Below, piece by piece: positions 1-8,332 of a DNA stretch of 64,000 bases. Both the position numbers and the translations under genes were made by a program. Within the stretch, counting starts at the first letter, position 1. Each line of letters begins with the position of its first letter. The notes beneath the pieces are model-generated. The model was not told where the DNA came from. It saw nothing but the letters and a program-made list of their open reading frames with translations, and made no database searches. The stretch is from contig CAKPXF010000005.1 in assembly GCA_934201705.1 (NCBI GenBank), positions 25,291-89,290 on the forward strand, given 5' to 3'. The stretch comes from an uncultured Bacilli bacterium (GTDB lineage Bacteria > Bacillota_I > Bacilli_A > RFN20 > CAG-631).

Positions 1-1730
1 GCATTCCAAATTTTATTAAAGAAATTCCAACTAGCTTCTATTTTGGCTGTTTGAAATCTAAAATCAAGGCCTGGAGCAGAAGATGTTGCTAAGAAAAATC
101 TTAAAGCATCAGCGCCATATTGATTAATAATATCCATAGGGTCAATACCATTACCTAATGATTTTGACATTTTACGTCCTTGTTCATCACGAATTAATCC
201 ATGAATTAATACATCTTTAAATGGCATTTTACCTGTGAATTCAACACCTTGGAACATCATTCTTGATACCCAAAATAGAATAATATCAAATGCAGTTACC
301 ATTAAGTTGTTTGGATAATAACGTTTCAAATCATCAGTATTATCAGGCCAACCTAATGTTGTAAATGGCCATAATGCTGATGAAAACCATGTATCAAGTA
401 CATCTTCATCTTGAACATAGTTTTCTATATCCTTTGGTGGATTATAAGAAACTAAGACTTCACCAGTATCTTTTTTATAATAAGCAGGGATTCTATGACC
501 CCACCATAATTGGCGTGAAATGCACCAATCCTCAATACCTTCCATCCAGTTTACAAAATTCTTTTCAAAGCGTGGAGGATAAAACTTAACCTTAGTATCT
601 TCATTTGCTTGCATATCTAAAGCAGCTTTAGATAAGCCCTTCATTGAAACAAACCATTGCTTTGAAAGACGAGGTTCAATAACAGCGTCGCTTCTTTCTG
701 AATGCCCAACTTGGTGAGTTATATCTTCAATATGATCAAGTAAGCCTTTTTCTTTAATTTCTTCAACTAATTGCTTACGACATTCATATCTATCAAGTCC
801 TTGATATTTTTTAGCAACCTCATTCATTGTTGCATCATCATTCATACAAACTATCATATCAAGTTTATATTTAACACCTAAATTATAATCATTTGGGTCA
901 TGTGCTGGTGTACATTTCATTGCGCCAGTTCCAAATTCTATATCAACGTATGGATCAAATATTACTTGAAGTAAATCCCCATTAGCAGGGTTAATTAATT
1001 TTTTTCCTTTTAGCCATTTATATCTTGTATCCTTAGGATTGCATACTACTGCAACATCCCCAAACATTGTTTCAGGGCGTGTTGTTCCAACGACAATATA
1101 TTTATCTTCATTTTCAACATAATATTTAAAATAAAACATTTTCCCAGGATCATCTTTATAAATAACTTCAATATTTGATAAAGCTGTTTTTAAAACTGGG
1201 TCCCAGTTAATAATTTTCTCTTTACGATAAATTAAGCCTTTTTCATACAATGAGCAAAATACTGTTCTTACTGCCTCGTTTCTCTTTTCATCTAATGTAA
1301 AGCATTCACGAGTGTAGTCTAAAGATAAACCCATCTTTGCCCATTGACTACGAATAGTTTCAGCATATTCTTTTTTCCATTCCCAAGCATACTCTAAGAA
1401 TTTTTCCCTTCCAATTTGATATTTATCAATTCCCATGCCACGAAGTTTTCTTTCAACAACAGCTTGAGTTGCAATCCCTGCATGATCCATTCCTGGAACA
1501 AATAAAACATCATATCCTTCAAGTCTTTTAAAACGAGACATTACATCTTGAAGGGTTGTATTTAAAGCGTGTCCAATATGCAACTTACCTGTTACATTTG
1601 GTGGTGGAAGCACAATAGAATATGGTGACTTACTTTTATCACCAGCAGTGAAATAGCCTTCACTTATCCATGTTTCATACTTTCCATGTTCAATTTCAAT
1701 AGGGTTAAATTTTTGTGCTAACTGTTTCAT
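1..1730 (-). CDS. valS: valine--tRNA ligase, first ~576 codons (gene runs off the left edge of the window)
   Basis: Absent from the ORF track because there is no stop in the window. My minus-strand translation from ATG 1730..1728 reads [21 protein letters not shown]... It has the class-I HIGH block [14 protein letters not shown] (ValRS-type) and KMSKS encoded at 173..159. GGAGG RBS at 1740..1736. Confidence 0.9.
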   Translation of the reverse strand, partial: MKQLAQKFNPIEIEHGKYETWISEGYFTAGDKSKSPYSIVLPPPNVTGKLHIGHALNTTLQDVMSRFKRLEGYDVLFVPGMDHAGIATQAVVERKLRGMGIDKYQIGREKFLEYAWEWKKEYAETIRSQWAKMGLSLDYTRECFTLDEKRNEAVRTVFCSLYEKGLIYRKEKIINWDPVLKTALSNIEVIYKDDPGKMFYFKYYVENEDKYIVVGTTRPETMFGDVAVVCNPKDTRYKWLKGKKLINPANGDLLQVIFDPYVDIEFGTGAMKCTPAHDPNDYNLGVKYKLDMIVCMNDDATMNEVAKKYQGLDRYECRKQLVEEIKEKGLLDHIEDITHQVGHSERSDAVIEPRLSKQWFVSMKGLSKAALDMQANEDTKVKFYPPRFEKNFVNWMEGIEDWCISRQLWWGHRIPAYYKKDTGEVLVSYNPPKDIENYVQDEDVLDTWFSSALWPFTTLGWPDNTDDLKRYYPNNLMVTAFDIILFWVSRMMFQGVEFTGKMPFKDVLIHGLIRDEQGRKMSKSLGNGIDPMDIINQYGADALRFFLATSSAPGLDFRFQTAKIEASWNFFNKIWN

Positions 1731-1740
1731 AAATACCTCC

Positions 1741-1931
1741 TAAACAAAAAAATACCTTTTATTTTCTAAGGACGTAATTATACGCGGTACCACCTTAGTT
1801 CATAGTATATCTATGCTCTTAATTAAAAAAATTTCGCTCCAAGATAACCTTCAAAGTACTATACTATCCATTTCCATCAGCCAGGACTTTCTATAAGTTT
1901 TTATACTTTTACTCCTTCTTTTCATTGCTTA
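1741..1931 (-). promoter_or_regulatory. T-box leader upstream of valS
   Basis: The minus strand contains the conserved T-box sequence GGTGGTACCGCG (plus-strand cgcggtaccacc at 1783-1794). Stem-I-like AGAAAGTCC...GGCTGATGGAA lies upstream. A GUU (Val) triplet followed by A sits in ...UUGAAGGUUAUC..., where a specifier loop is expected. A U-run precedes the RBS. Confidence 0.75.
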
Positions 1932-1937
1932 TTTTTT

Positions 1938-1966
1938 ATTATATAAATAAAAAAATAAAAAAGCAA
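1938..1966 (-). promoter_or_regulatory. sigma-A type promoter for the valS leader
   Basis: On the minus strand: TTGCTT (1966..1961), 17-nt spacer, TATAAT (1943..1938). Confidence 0.5.
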
Positions 1967-2036
1967 TGTTTTTTTATATTTCATTTTTGTTTATTTTGTA
2001 CATAATTATGCTATAATATCTTATGAGGCGATAATA

Positions 2037-4118
2037 ATGAAAAATAATAGCAATACAAAACCAATAACAGATTTAAGAAACACGAATGAAATTTCAAAGC
2101 AGTGTCACGATTTAAATGAGCCAATATTTATTACTAAAAATGGATATGATGATTTAGTAATAATGGCTAGTGATACCTATAAGGAAATAGTAAAAGCCAA
2201 TCAAATTCAACTACCAAAGACTAGTAGTTACCATAATATGGTTCGGGTGGCTTGTGCAACAAATGAAATAAAGGTGGCAAATCCATCCTTTAATGTTAAA
2301 GAAATATGCAAAATCATTGATTCGATAAAAAATGAGGACATTGATATTTTAGTATTTCCCGAGCTTTCACTTACAGGCTACACATGTGGTGATTTATTCT
2401 ATCAGCACACATTATTAAACGAAACTTTAAAAGCATTAAATGAATTAGTACAATATACTAAAAATATTAATACGCTTTTATTTGTTGGAGCGCCATTATT
2501 ATTTCAATATAAACTTTATAATTGTGCTATTGCTATTAGCAATGGTAAAATATTAGGCGTTGTCCCAAAAAGCAATTTACCTAATTATAATGAATTTTAT
2601 GAGGCTAGACAATTTAATGAATGGCATAATGAAAATAGTGAAATAGAAATTAATGGAATTTTATATCCTTTTGGTACAAAATTATTATTTTCTAATTTAT
2701 ATTTAAGGAATCTTAAAGTAGCTTGTGAAATATGTGAAGACCTATGGGCAGCTAAAACTCCTTCAACTAATCATGCTTTAGCTGGTGCTAATATTATTGT
2801 TAATCTTTCTGCATCAAATGAGTTATTTGGCAAGGATAAAATTAGAAAAATATTAGTTCAATCAACTTCGTCACGCTTAGCTTGTGCTTATGTTTATGCA
2901 TCATCTGGTAATGGCGAATCAACTCAAGATTTAGTTTATTCATCGCACAATATTATTGCTGAAAATGGGGTTATTTTAAAAGAATCTAAAACATTTGAAA
3001 ATGAATTAATAATTTCTGATATAGATTTAGATATACTAATTTCAACACGCTGTAAAAATTCCTCATTTAGAAACATAAATGCTTCATCCTATAAAACAAT
3101 ATATTTTGAAAAAGAAATAACAAAAAGAAATTTAAAAAGATTTATTAACCCTTATCCTTTCTTGCCACTAGAAGATGAAAAAAAAGAATATGTTGAAGGC
3201 ACTATTACCTTACAAGTAATGGGGCTTGCAAAACGTTTGAAACATATAAATTGTAAAAATGTTGTGTTAGGCTTATCTGGTGGGCTTGATTCAACATTGG
3301 CATTAATTGTATGTTATGAAACATTTAAATATTTAAAGCTTGATACTAAGGGCATTCATTGTTTAACTATGCCATGCTTTGGTACATCATCACGTACTTA
3401 TAATAATGCATTAAAGCTTTCCTCATTGTTTAATACTTCATTAAAAGAAATCAGAATAAATGAAGCAGTTAAAATTCATTTAAACGATATTGGCCATGAT
3501 TTAAAAACTGATGATGTAACTTTTGAAAATGCTCAAGCACGTGAAAGAACACAAATATTATTTGACTATGCGAATAAAATAAATGGTATTGTTATTGGGA
3601 CTGGTGATTTATCCGAATTAGCTCTTGGATGGTGTACATTTAATGGTGACCATATGGCTAATTATTGCCTTAACTCTTCTATTAGTAAAACGCTTGTAAA
3701 ATATTTAGTAAAAGAATATGCAAATAACAATAAAAAAGTTAAAGATGTTTTAGACGACGTTCTTGATACCCCTATATCTCCAGAATTAAAAATTAATCAA
3801 AATGATAATATTAATCAAAAAACTGAAGATACAATTGGCCCTTACGATTTACATGACTTTTTCTTGTATTATTTATTAAAATATAATTTTTCTATAAGCA
3901 AAATATATTATTATGCAATTAATGCATTTAAAGGAAAATTTAATGAGAAGGAAATTAAAAAATGGTTAAATTTATTTGTTAAGCGTTTCTTTACACAGCA
4001 ATTTAAGCGTTCAACGATTCCAGATGGTCCAAAAGTAAGTGAAATATCGCTTTCTCCACGCGGTGACTTAAGGATGCCAAGTGATGCTTCGTACATTGAT
4101 TTCTTACTTGATAATTAA
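2037..4118 (+). CDS. nadE: glutamine-dependent NAD+ synthetase with an in-frame ~67-aa Phd/YefM-like N-terminal extension
   Basis: CN-hydrolase triad context: VFPELSLTGY, VVPKSNLPNYNEFYE, KVACEICEDLW. NAD-synthase P-loop GLSGGLDS. GAGG RBS lies 8 nt before ATG 2037. N-terminus ITDLRNTNEISKQCHDLNEPIFITKNGYDDLVIMASDTYKEI resembles Phd/YefM antitoxins. Confidence 0.9.
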   Translation: MKNNSNTKPITDLRNTNEISKQCHDLNEPIFITKNGYDDLVIMASDTYKEIVKANQIQLPKTSSYHNMVRVACATNEIKVANPSFNVKEICKIIDSIKNEDIDILVFPELSLTGYTCGDLFYQHTLLNETLKALNELVQYTKNINTLLFVGAPLLFQYKLYNCAIAISNGKILGVVPKSNLPNYNEFYEARQFNEWHNENSEIEINGILYPFGTKLLFSNLYLRNLKVACEICEDLWAAKTPSTNHALAGANIIVNLSASNELFGKDKIRKILVQSTSSRLACAYVYASSGNGESTQDLVYSSHNIIAENGVILKESKTFENELIISDIDLDILISTRCKNSSFRNINASSYKTIYFEKEITKRNLKRFINPYPFLPLEDEKKEYVEGTITLQVMGLAKRLKHINCKNVVLGLSGGLDSTLALIVCYETFKYLKLDTKGIHCLTMPCFGTSSRTYNNALKLSSLFNTSLKEIRINEAVKIHLNDIGHDLKTDDVTFENAQARERTQILFDYANKINGIVIGTGDLSELALGWCTFNGDHMANYCLNSSISKTLVKYLVKEYANNNKKVKDVLDDVLDTPISPELKINQNDNINQKTEDTIGPYDLHDFFLYYLLKYNFSISKIYYYAINAFKGKFNEKEIKKWLNLFVKRFFTQQFKRSTIPDGPKVSEISLSPRGDLRMPSDASYIDFLLDN

Positions 4119-4247
4119 TTTAGGCACTTAAAATACAAATAATTATGAAGAAATCTTAAAATTTGTCACAAACAACTTGTTTATTTTAAAATCACTTTTA
4201 TAATACTTGTCTTTTAAAATGTAGTGCTACAAAGCTACTTTAAGTAA

Positions 4248-4501
4248 TATTCAAGGTGTAGATTAAATAATGAATCTACATCTTTTTTTGATAGATAAGC
4301 ATTAGATAATTTTCGTAAGGCAAGTTTCTTTTGAATCTATTTTAATGTAGATGTATTAGTAGCTCCATTAATATATGAACCATCCTTACAATGTGTAATA
4401 TTGTATGTCCTCATAAATTCAATTAATTGAGAGGCAAAAATATCATCTTCAAATAATTTTATTTCAACTAATCGTAATACAGTAAATGCTAAATAGCAAA
4501 T
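4248..4501. repeat. 254-bp direct repeat, copy 1 (pairs with 6944-7197)
   Basis: Base-by-base comparison shows equal length and only 2 mismatches that I can find (4264 t/c, 4479 a/g). It contains the hairpin terminator and the 3' end of a transposase-like reading frame. Confidence 0.9.
4257..4289 (+). terminator. rho-independent terminator-like hairpin (copy 1, inside the 254-bp repeat)
   Basis: TGTAGATT-aaataatg-AATCTACA followed by TCTTTTTTT. Confidence 0.6.
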
Positions 4502-4650
4502 AAAAAAATGACCATAGATTGTTTCTTGAAGTCTTACAAATATAGGATGAGCATCTAGGGAAAGAGTGAAAGCATTAATGGTATTAATCTTTATACTTAC
4601 TATGGAAACAATCCAGTTACGTAAAATTAAAGGCCCAAATAAAAAATTTT
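4337..4650 (-). pseudogene. C-terminal fragment of a DDE (IS4/IS1634-like) transposase, 5'-truncated
   Basis: The minus frame reads ...NTINAFTLSLDAHPIFVRLQETIYGHFFICYLAFTVLRLVEIKLFEDDIFASQLIEFMRTYNITHCKDGSYINGATNTSTLK*. The block (R/H)P-I-F...I-x-GHF-x-ICYLA...L-R-L-x-E resembles the conserved C-terminal block of IS4-superfamily transposases. No start codon or N-terminal domain is present. Confidence 0.5.
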
Positions 4651-4867
4651 AAATTTACCTAATTTGCTTGCTATATGAATTAAATTTTGTAATTTTATTG
4701 AAATAAAATCTTATATTTAGTAAAATATAAGTGAAATTAAACAACCTTGATAGTTTTTATAAATTGCCTAAGGATTTAATAAAATAACAACACTACTCTC
4801 TTTAGGTAAAACTATAAGGAGTTTTTTGTTTATATTTCATACAATGTTATAAGGAGGCATTAATCAT

Positions 4868-5266
4868 ATGTTTAAAAACAAAACAATTAAATTATTTTTA
4901 ATGTTAGGTGTGATTCTTTTTAGCCTCATTGGAGTTGTTGGATGTAATAATCCATCAGTAAGTGTTAATGTAAATGCTACATATATTAGAACTCATTTTG
5001 AAGATGATGAGGGGAATGGTAAATTTACTATTGTGAATAATCACATTGATTTGGTATCACTATTAGAAAATGATACTCCTGAAAAATATAACGAAGACTT
5101 TTTTGAAACAAAATCTCTTCTATTTTTTAAAATAGTTGAATCAAGTAGTGGAAACATAAGTGAAATTGAATCCTATGAAATTATAGATAAAACACTTAAT
5201 ATCTATGTAAAAACCAAACAATATGGAGACACTTATGGTATGGGATGTTGGTGGTTTATTTTATAA
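4868..5266 (+). CDS. putative lipoprotein. Probably the N-terminal part of a gene broken by an in-frame TAA (same frame as 5330..5779)
   Basis: Signal peptide plus lipobox MFKNKTIKLFLMLGVILFSLIGVVGC. AGGAGG RBS upstream. The frame stays open across 5267-5329 (LSKEDVEKFDNVKIFKNGEKI). Confidence 0.6.
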   Translation: MFKNKTIKLFLMLGVILFSLIGVVGCNNPSVSVNVNATYIRTHFEDDEGNGKFTIVNNHIDLVSLLENDTPEKYNEDFFETKSLLFFKIVESSSGNISEIESYEIIDKTLNIYVKTKQYGDTYGMGCWWFIL

Positions 5267-5329
5267 TTAAGTAAAGAAGATGTTGAAAAGTTTGATAATG
5301 TTAAAATATTCAAAAATGGTGAAAAAATT

Positions 5330-5779
5330 ATGGATGAAAATAGATTAACAATCTTACCTAAAATGTACTATATGGATGTAATTGACATGAGTTCAAGCAT
5401 GACTTTTAATTGTGAAAAACCTAATTATGGTTATGTTTCCTTAAATAGAACAAGCAGTTATATTTATGATTTTAATAACGAGCAAGTATACGAGTTAGTC
5501 TCAGCATTTAATAATATTCCAATTTTTCATGCTGAAACTATTACAAAAAGGGAAGAATTAGATAAATTAAAGATAAATGGGATTATGATTGAAGTTTCAT
5601 ATAGATATATCAATCGTAATAATTGCAACAATGATGCAATAGTTCATTTTTACATTTTAGAAAATGGAATGTTATTGTTTGAAGATAATAGAAAAATTAA
5701 TTTATATTATTCAGACATTGGTATCATTAATTATGATGAAATAAAAAATCAAATTATTCAAATAGGAGATCGAATATAA
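5330..5779 (+). CDS. hypothetical protein. Probably the C-terminal part of the 4868 gene
   Basis: Same reading frame as 4868..5266 (both are 2 mod 3), separated from it by a single TAA at 5264-5266. No convincing RBS of its own. Confidence 0.5.
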   Translation: MDENRLTILPKMYYMDVIDMSSSMTFNCEKPNYGYVSLNRTSSYIYDFNNEQVYELVSAFNNIPIFHAETITKREELDKLKINGIMIEVSYRYINRNNCNNDAIVHFYILENGMLLFEDNRKINLYYSDIGIINYDEIKNQIIQIGDRI

Positions 5780-5801
5780 TGAAAAAAGTAATATCTTTTC
5801 T

Positions 5802-6218
5802 TTGGTATTGTTTGGATTAAACACTAGTGTAAGTGCTTTTTCATACAACTATGACAATAGTGATAACAATATGGTTTTTGAAATTAAAACTATTCAAAAA
5901 CAAAAATCTAAAATGGGTTTAAATAGTAGTTGGTCTTATAGTTCTTCTAGCTTTTATTCATTACAATCTAGGGCCACTTCATTAAGTTATGTATATACTC
6001 CGAGAGGTACTCAAGTAGAGGTATATATAAGAGATGAAATGCCTACTTATGCAATAAATATTTGTAATCAAAATGGAGATACATTAGTCCCAGAAGCAAC
6101 ACGAATAGCTCCAAGCAGTTCTAAATACAATTGTCACTCCTATGCTTGGTATATGCAATCAACTTCTAATCCTTATTGGATGAATGATCCTTCAAGTTAT
6201 TATACTGATTGGAGTTAA
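5802..6218 (+). pseudogene. secreted protein, N-terminal fragment (frameshifted signal peptide; ends at an in-frame TAA)
   Basis: ATG 5780 (MKKVISF...) is 22 nt, so out of frame, upstream of the 5802 frame, which continues ...VLFGLNTSVSAFS (the rest of a signal peptide). Ends ...NCHSYAWYMQSTSNPYWMNDPSSYYTDWS*. Confidence 0.6.
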
Positions 6219-6278
6219 AAGGAAAGTGAAGGAGATATTGGAGACATAATTTGTTATTTTGACTCATCTGGATTTAAT

Positions 6279-6926
6279 TTGCATTCTGGTGTTATTATTG
6301 GAGAATCAGAAGGTGTTTCAAATGGAATTTGCGGTAATTCTAATTTATACACTGTAAGATCTAAGTGGGGTAATTGGGGGCTATACGAACATAGAGGAGA
6401 TCAATGCCCTTACACTGAACCATATTCAGGGACTGCATCATATGTAAAATTTTATCGAGTTCATCAACATTCATATACATATTCACCAGCAACTTCGGGG
6501 CATACTGCTATATGCACTGAATGTAATTATACTACAAATCTATCGCATGTTTATGATCAACATTATTGTATTCATTGTGGTGCATATACAACTACACATG
6601 ATTATGACAGGAATTATGAATGGGTAAGTTACACAATACATAGTGCAGAATGTTGTTGTGGCGAAGTAACTACCCAAGGTCATGCTGTAGCAAGTGGCTC
6701 TTATAATTCTGGTCAAAGATACGCTACATGTTTATTATGTGGTGGACTTGCTGAGATGGGATTTGTTCAAATAACTATTAATTCTTCAGCAGTTACTAAG
6801 GTTACAATAAAAGGAAGCTTTATCTTACCAAATGGTGTTATAGTATTAGAAGATGAAGATTTAGATGCTTATTTAAATGGAACTTTAGTTTTCTATGATA
6901 AAGATAAAGTACAAGTGCTTCAATAA
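6279..6926 (+). pseudogene. C-terminal fragment of the same secreted protein (NlpC/P60- or CHAP-like His block, then a Cys/His-rich region)
   Basis: Same frame as 5802..6218 (both 0 mod 3). 6219-6278 is open (KESEGDIGDIICYFDSSGFNL) and runs into HSGVIIG. The C-terminal part has many C/H pairs: CTECNY, YCIHCG, AECCCGE, CLLCGG. Confidence 0.6.
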
Positions 6927-6952
6927 TAAAATTTATAGATAGTTATTCAAGG

Positions 6953-6985
6953 TGTAGATCAAATAATGAATCTACATCTTTTTTT
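6953..6985 (+). terminator. rho-independent terminator-like hairpin (copy 2), downstream of 6279..6926
   Basis: TGTAGAT-caaataatga-ATCTACA followed by TCTTTTTTT. Confidence 0.6.
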
Positions 6986-7032
6986 GATAGATAAGCATTA
7001 GATAATTTTCGTAAGGCAAGTTTCTTTTGAAT

Positions 7033-7197
7033 CTATTTTAATGTAGATGTATTAGTAGCTCCATTAATATATGAACCATCCTTACAATGTGTAATATTGT
7101 ATGTCCTCATAAATTCAATTAATTGAGAGGCAAAAATATCATCTTCAAATAATTTTATTTCAACTAATCGTAATGCAGTAAATGCTAAATAGCAAAT
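7033..7197 (-). pseudogene. second, shorter copy of the transposase C-terminal fragment
   Basis: Identical to the 4337-4501 part of copy 1. Truncated at the junction with the nadE fossil. Confidence 0.5.
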
Positions 7198-7359
7198 TAA
7201 AAAATGGTTAAATTTATTTGTTAAGCGTTTCTTTACAAAACAAGTAAAGCGTTCAACGATTTAGATTCTCCAAAAGTAAGTGAAATATCGCTTTCTTTGC
7301 GTGGTGGCTTAATGATGTCAAGTAATGTTTTGTACATTGGTTTCCTGCTTAATAATTAA
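7194..7359 (+). pseudogene. fossil 3' end of nadE (diverged duplicate of 3952-4118)
   Basis: Aligns with the last ~55 codons of nadE (KKWLNLFVKRFFT...). It carries in-frame TAG/TAA stops and a 1-nt deletion: acgatttagattctccaaaagtaa versus acgattccagatggtccaaaagtaagt. Confidence 0.85.
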
Positions 7360-7417
7360 TTTAGGCACTTAAAATGCAAATAATTATGAAGAAATCTTAA
7401 AATTTGTCACAAACTAC

Positions 7418-7445
7418 TTGATTTTTTTAAAATCACTTTTATAAT
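7418..7445 (+). promoter_or_regulatory. promoter of the AraC-family gene. A diverged orphan duplicate lies at 4177-4204
   Basis: TTGATT (7418-7423), 16-nt spacer, TATAAT (7440-7445), then AAGGAGG RBS and ATG 7468. The duplicate is TTGTTT-16-TATAAT at 4177-4204. Confidence 0.5.
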
Positions 7446-7467
7446 ATAAGTATAAGGAGGGTAATTT

Positions 7468-8274
7468 ATGGCAGATATTTTATATGAGGTTGTACGTGAT
7501 TATTCAACATCTATATATCATTCAATTGGTAAAAATGATGCCTTTTTACATTTCCACCACCAAGTTGAACTTTTATATGTTGAAAAAGGAAAAGTTGATG
7601 TAACAATAAATAATGAAGAAGAAATACTTCAAAGTGGAGAGCTTGCAATTATTGATTGCTTTGATAATCATAAATTTATTCATGAAGAAGGAGCAATTAG
7701 TCATTCAATGACTATTCCAGTTCATTTTTTAAAAAAATATACAATGATACTAAATAATAAGACTCTTAAGGAGCATTTTATTATTGATAAGGTTAAAGCA
7801 AAAAAAATATTTGATTGTATGAATAATGTTGCAAATGCTATTAATTCAAACGAATTAATACTAGATGGAGAAATTCAAATATTATTAGGAAATATTATTG
7901 ATGATAATTTAGTTGATGAAAAAAATAAAACTAATTATAATTTAGTGAAAAATATCTTAATGTATATTGAAGAAAATTATAAAACACAAATTTCGTTAGA
8001 TACAATCGCTAAGCATTTTGGCTATTCAAAATATTATTTTTCACATTTATTTAATAAATGCTTTAATTGCAATTTAAATGATTATATAAATTTAGTGAGA
8101 TGCCGTCATAGTATTAACTATGTCCTTGAAGAGCATATGTCTGTTTCTGATGCGGCATTTAATTCCGGCTTTGTTTCAATGAGAACATTTTATAGAACAT
8201 TTAAAAAATGCTTTAAGGTAACGCCTAAAGAATATTTTCAAGAAATGCAAAGAAATAAAACAATGGGGCAATAA
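7468..8274 (+). CDS. AraC family transcriptional regulator (cupin-like N-terminus, C-terminal double HTH)
   Basis: C-terminus ISLDTIAKHFGYSKYYFSHLFNKCF...MSVSDAAFNSGFVSMRTFYRTFKKCFKVTPKEY is a typical AraC/XylS HTH. Confidence 0.85.
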   Translation: MADILYEVVRDYSTSIYHSIGKNDAFLHFHHQVELLYVEKGKVDVTINNEEEILQSGELAIIDCFDNHKFIHEEGAISHSMTIPVHFLKKYTMILNNKTLKEHFIIDKVKAKKIFDCMNNVANAINSNELILDGEIQILLGNIIDDNLVDEKNKTNYNLVKNILMYIEENYKTQISLDTIAKHFGYSKYYFSHLFNKCFNCNLNDYINLVRCRHSINYVLEEHMSVSDAAFNSGFVSMRTFYRTFKKCFKVTPKEYFQEMQRNKTMGQ

Positions 8275-8332
8275 TGCCTCATTTTTTTTGCATTTTAATA
8301 AAGTTATCAATTAAGAAAATTACAATCTTTTT

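Larger units (their letters stand above)
6944..7197. repeat. 254-bp direct repeat, copy 2 (pairs with 4248-4501)
   Basis: See copy 1. This copy stops abruptly at 7197, where homology to the nadE 3' end begins. Confidence 0.9.

Noticed and set aside
365-589. 74-aa plus-strand ORF from the track
   Set aside because: It lies entirely antisense inside valS, with no RBS and low-complexity composition.
5264-6218. TAA stop-codon reassignment or readthrough in the island (two in-frame TAA codons)
   Set aside because: TAA terminates many well-supported genes in the same window, including nadE. The island also carries a frameshift and IS debris. Nonsense mutations in a decaying, AT-biased region are the simpler explanation.
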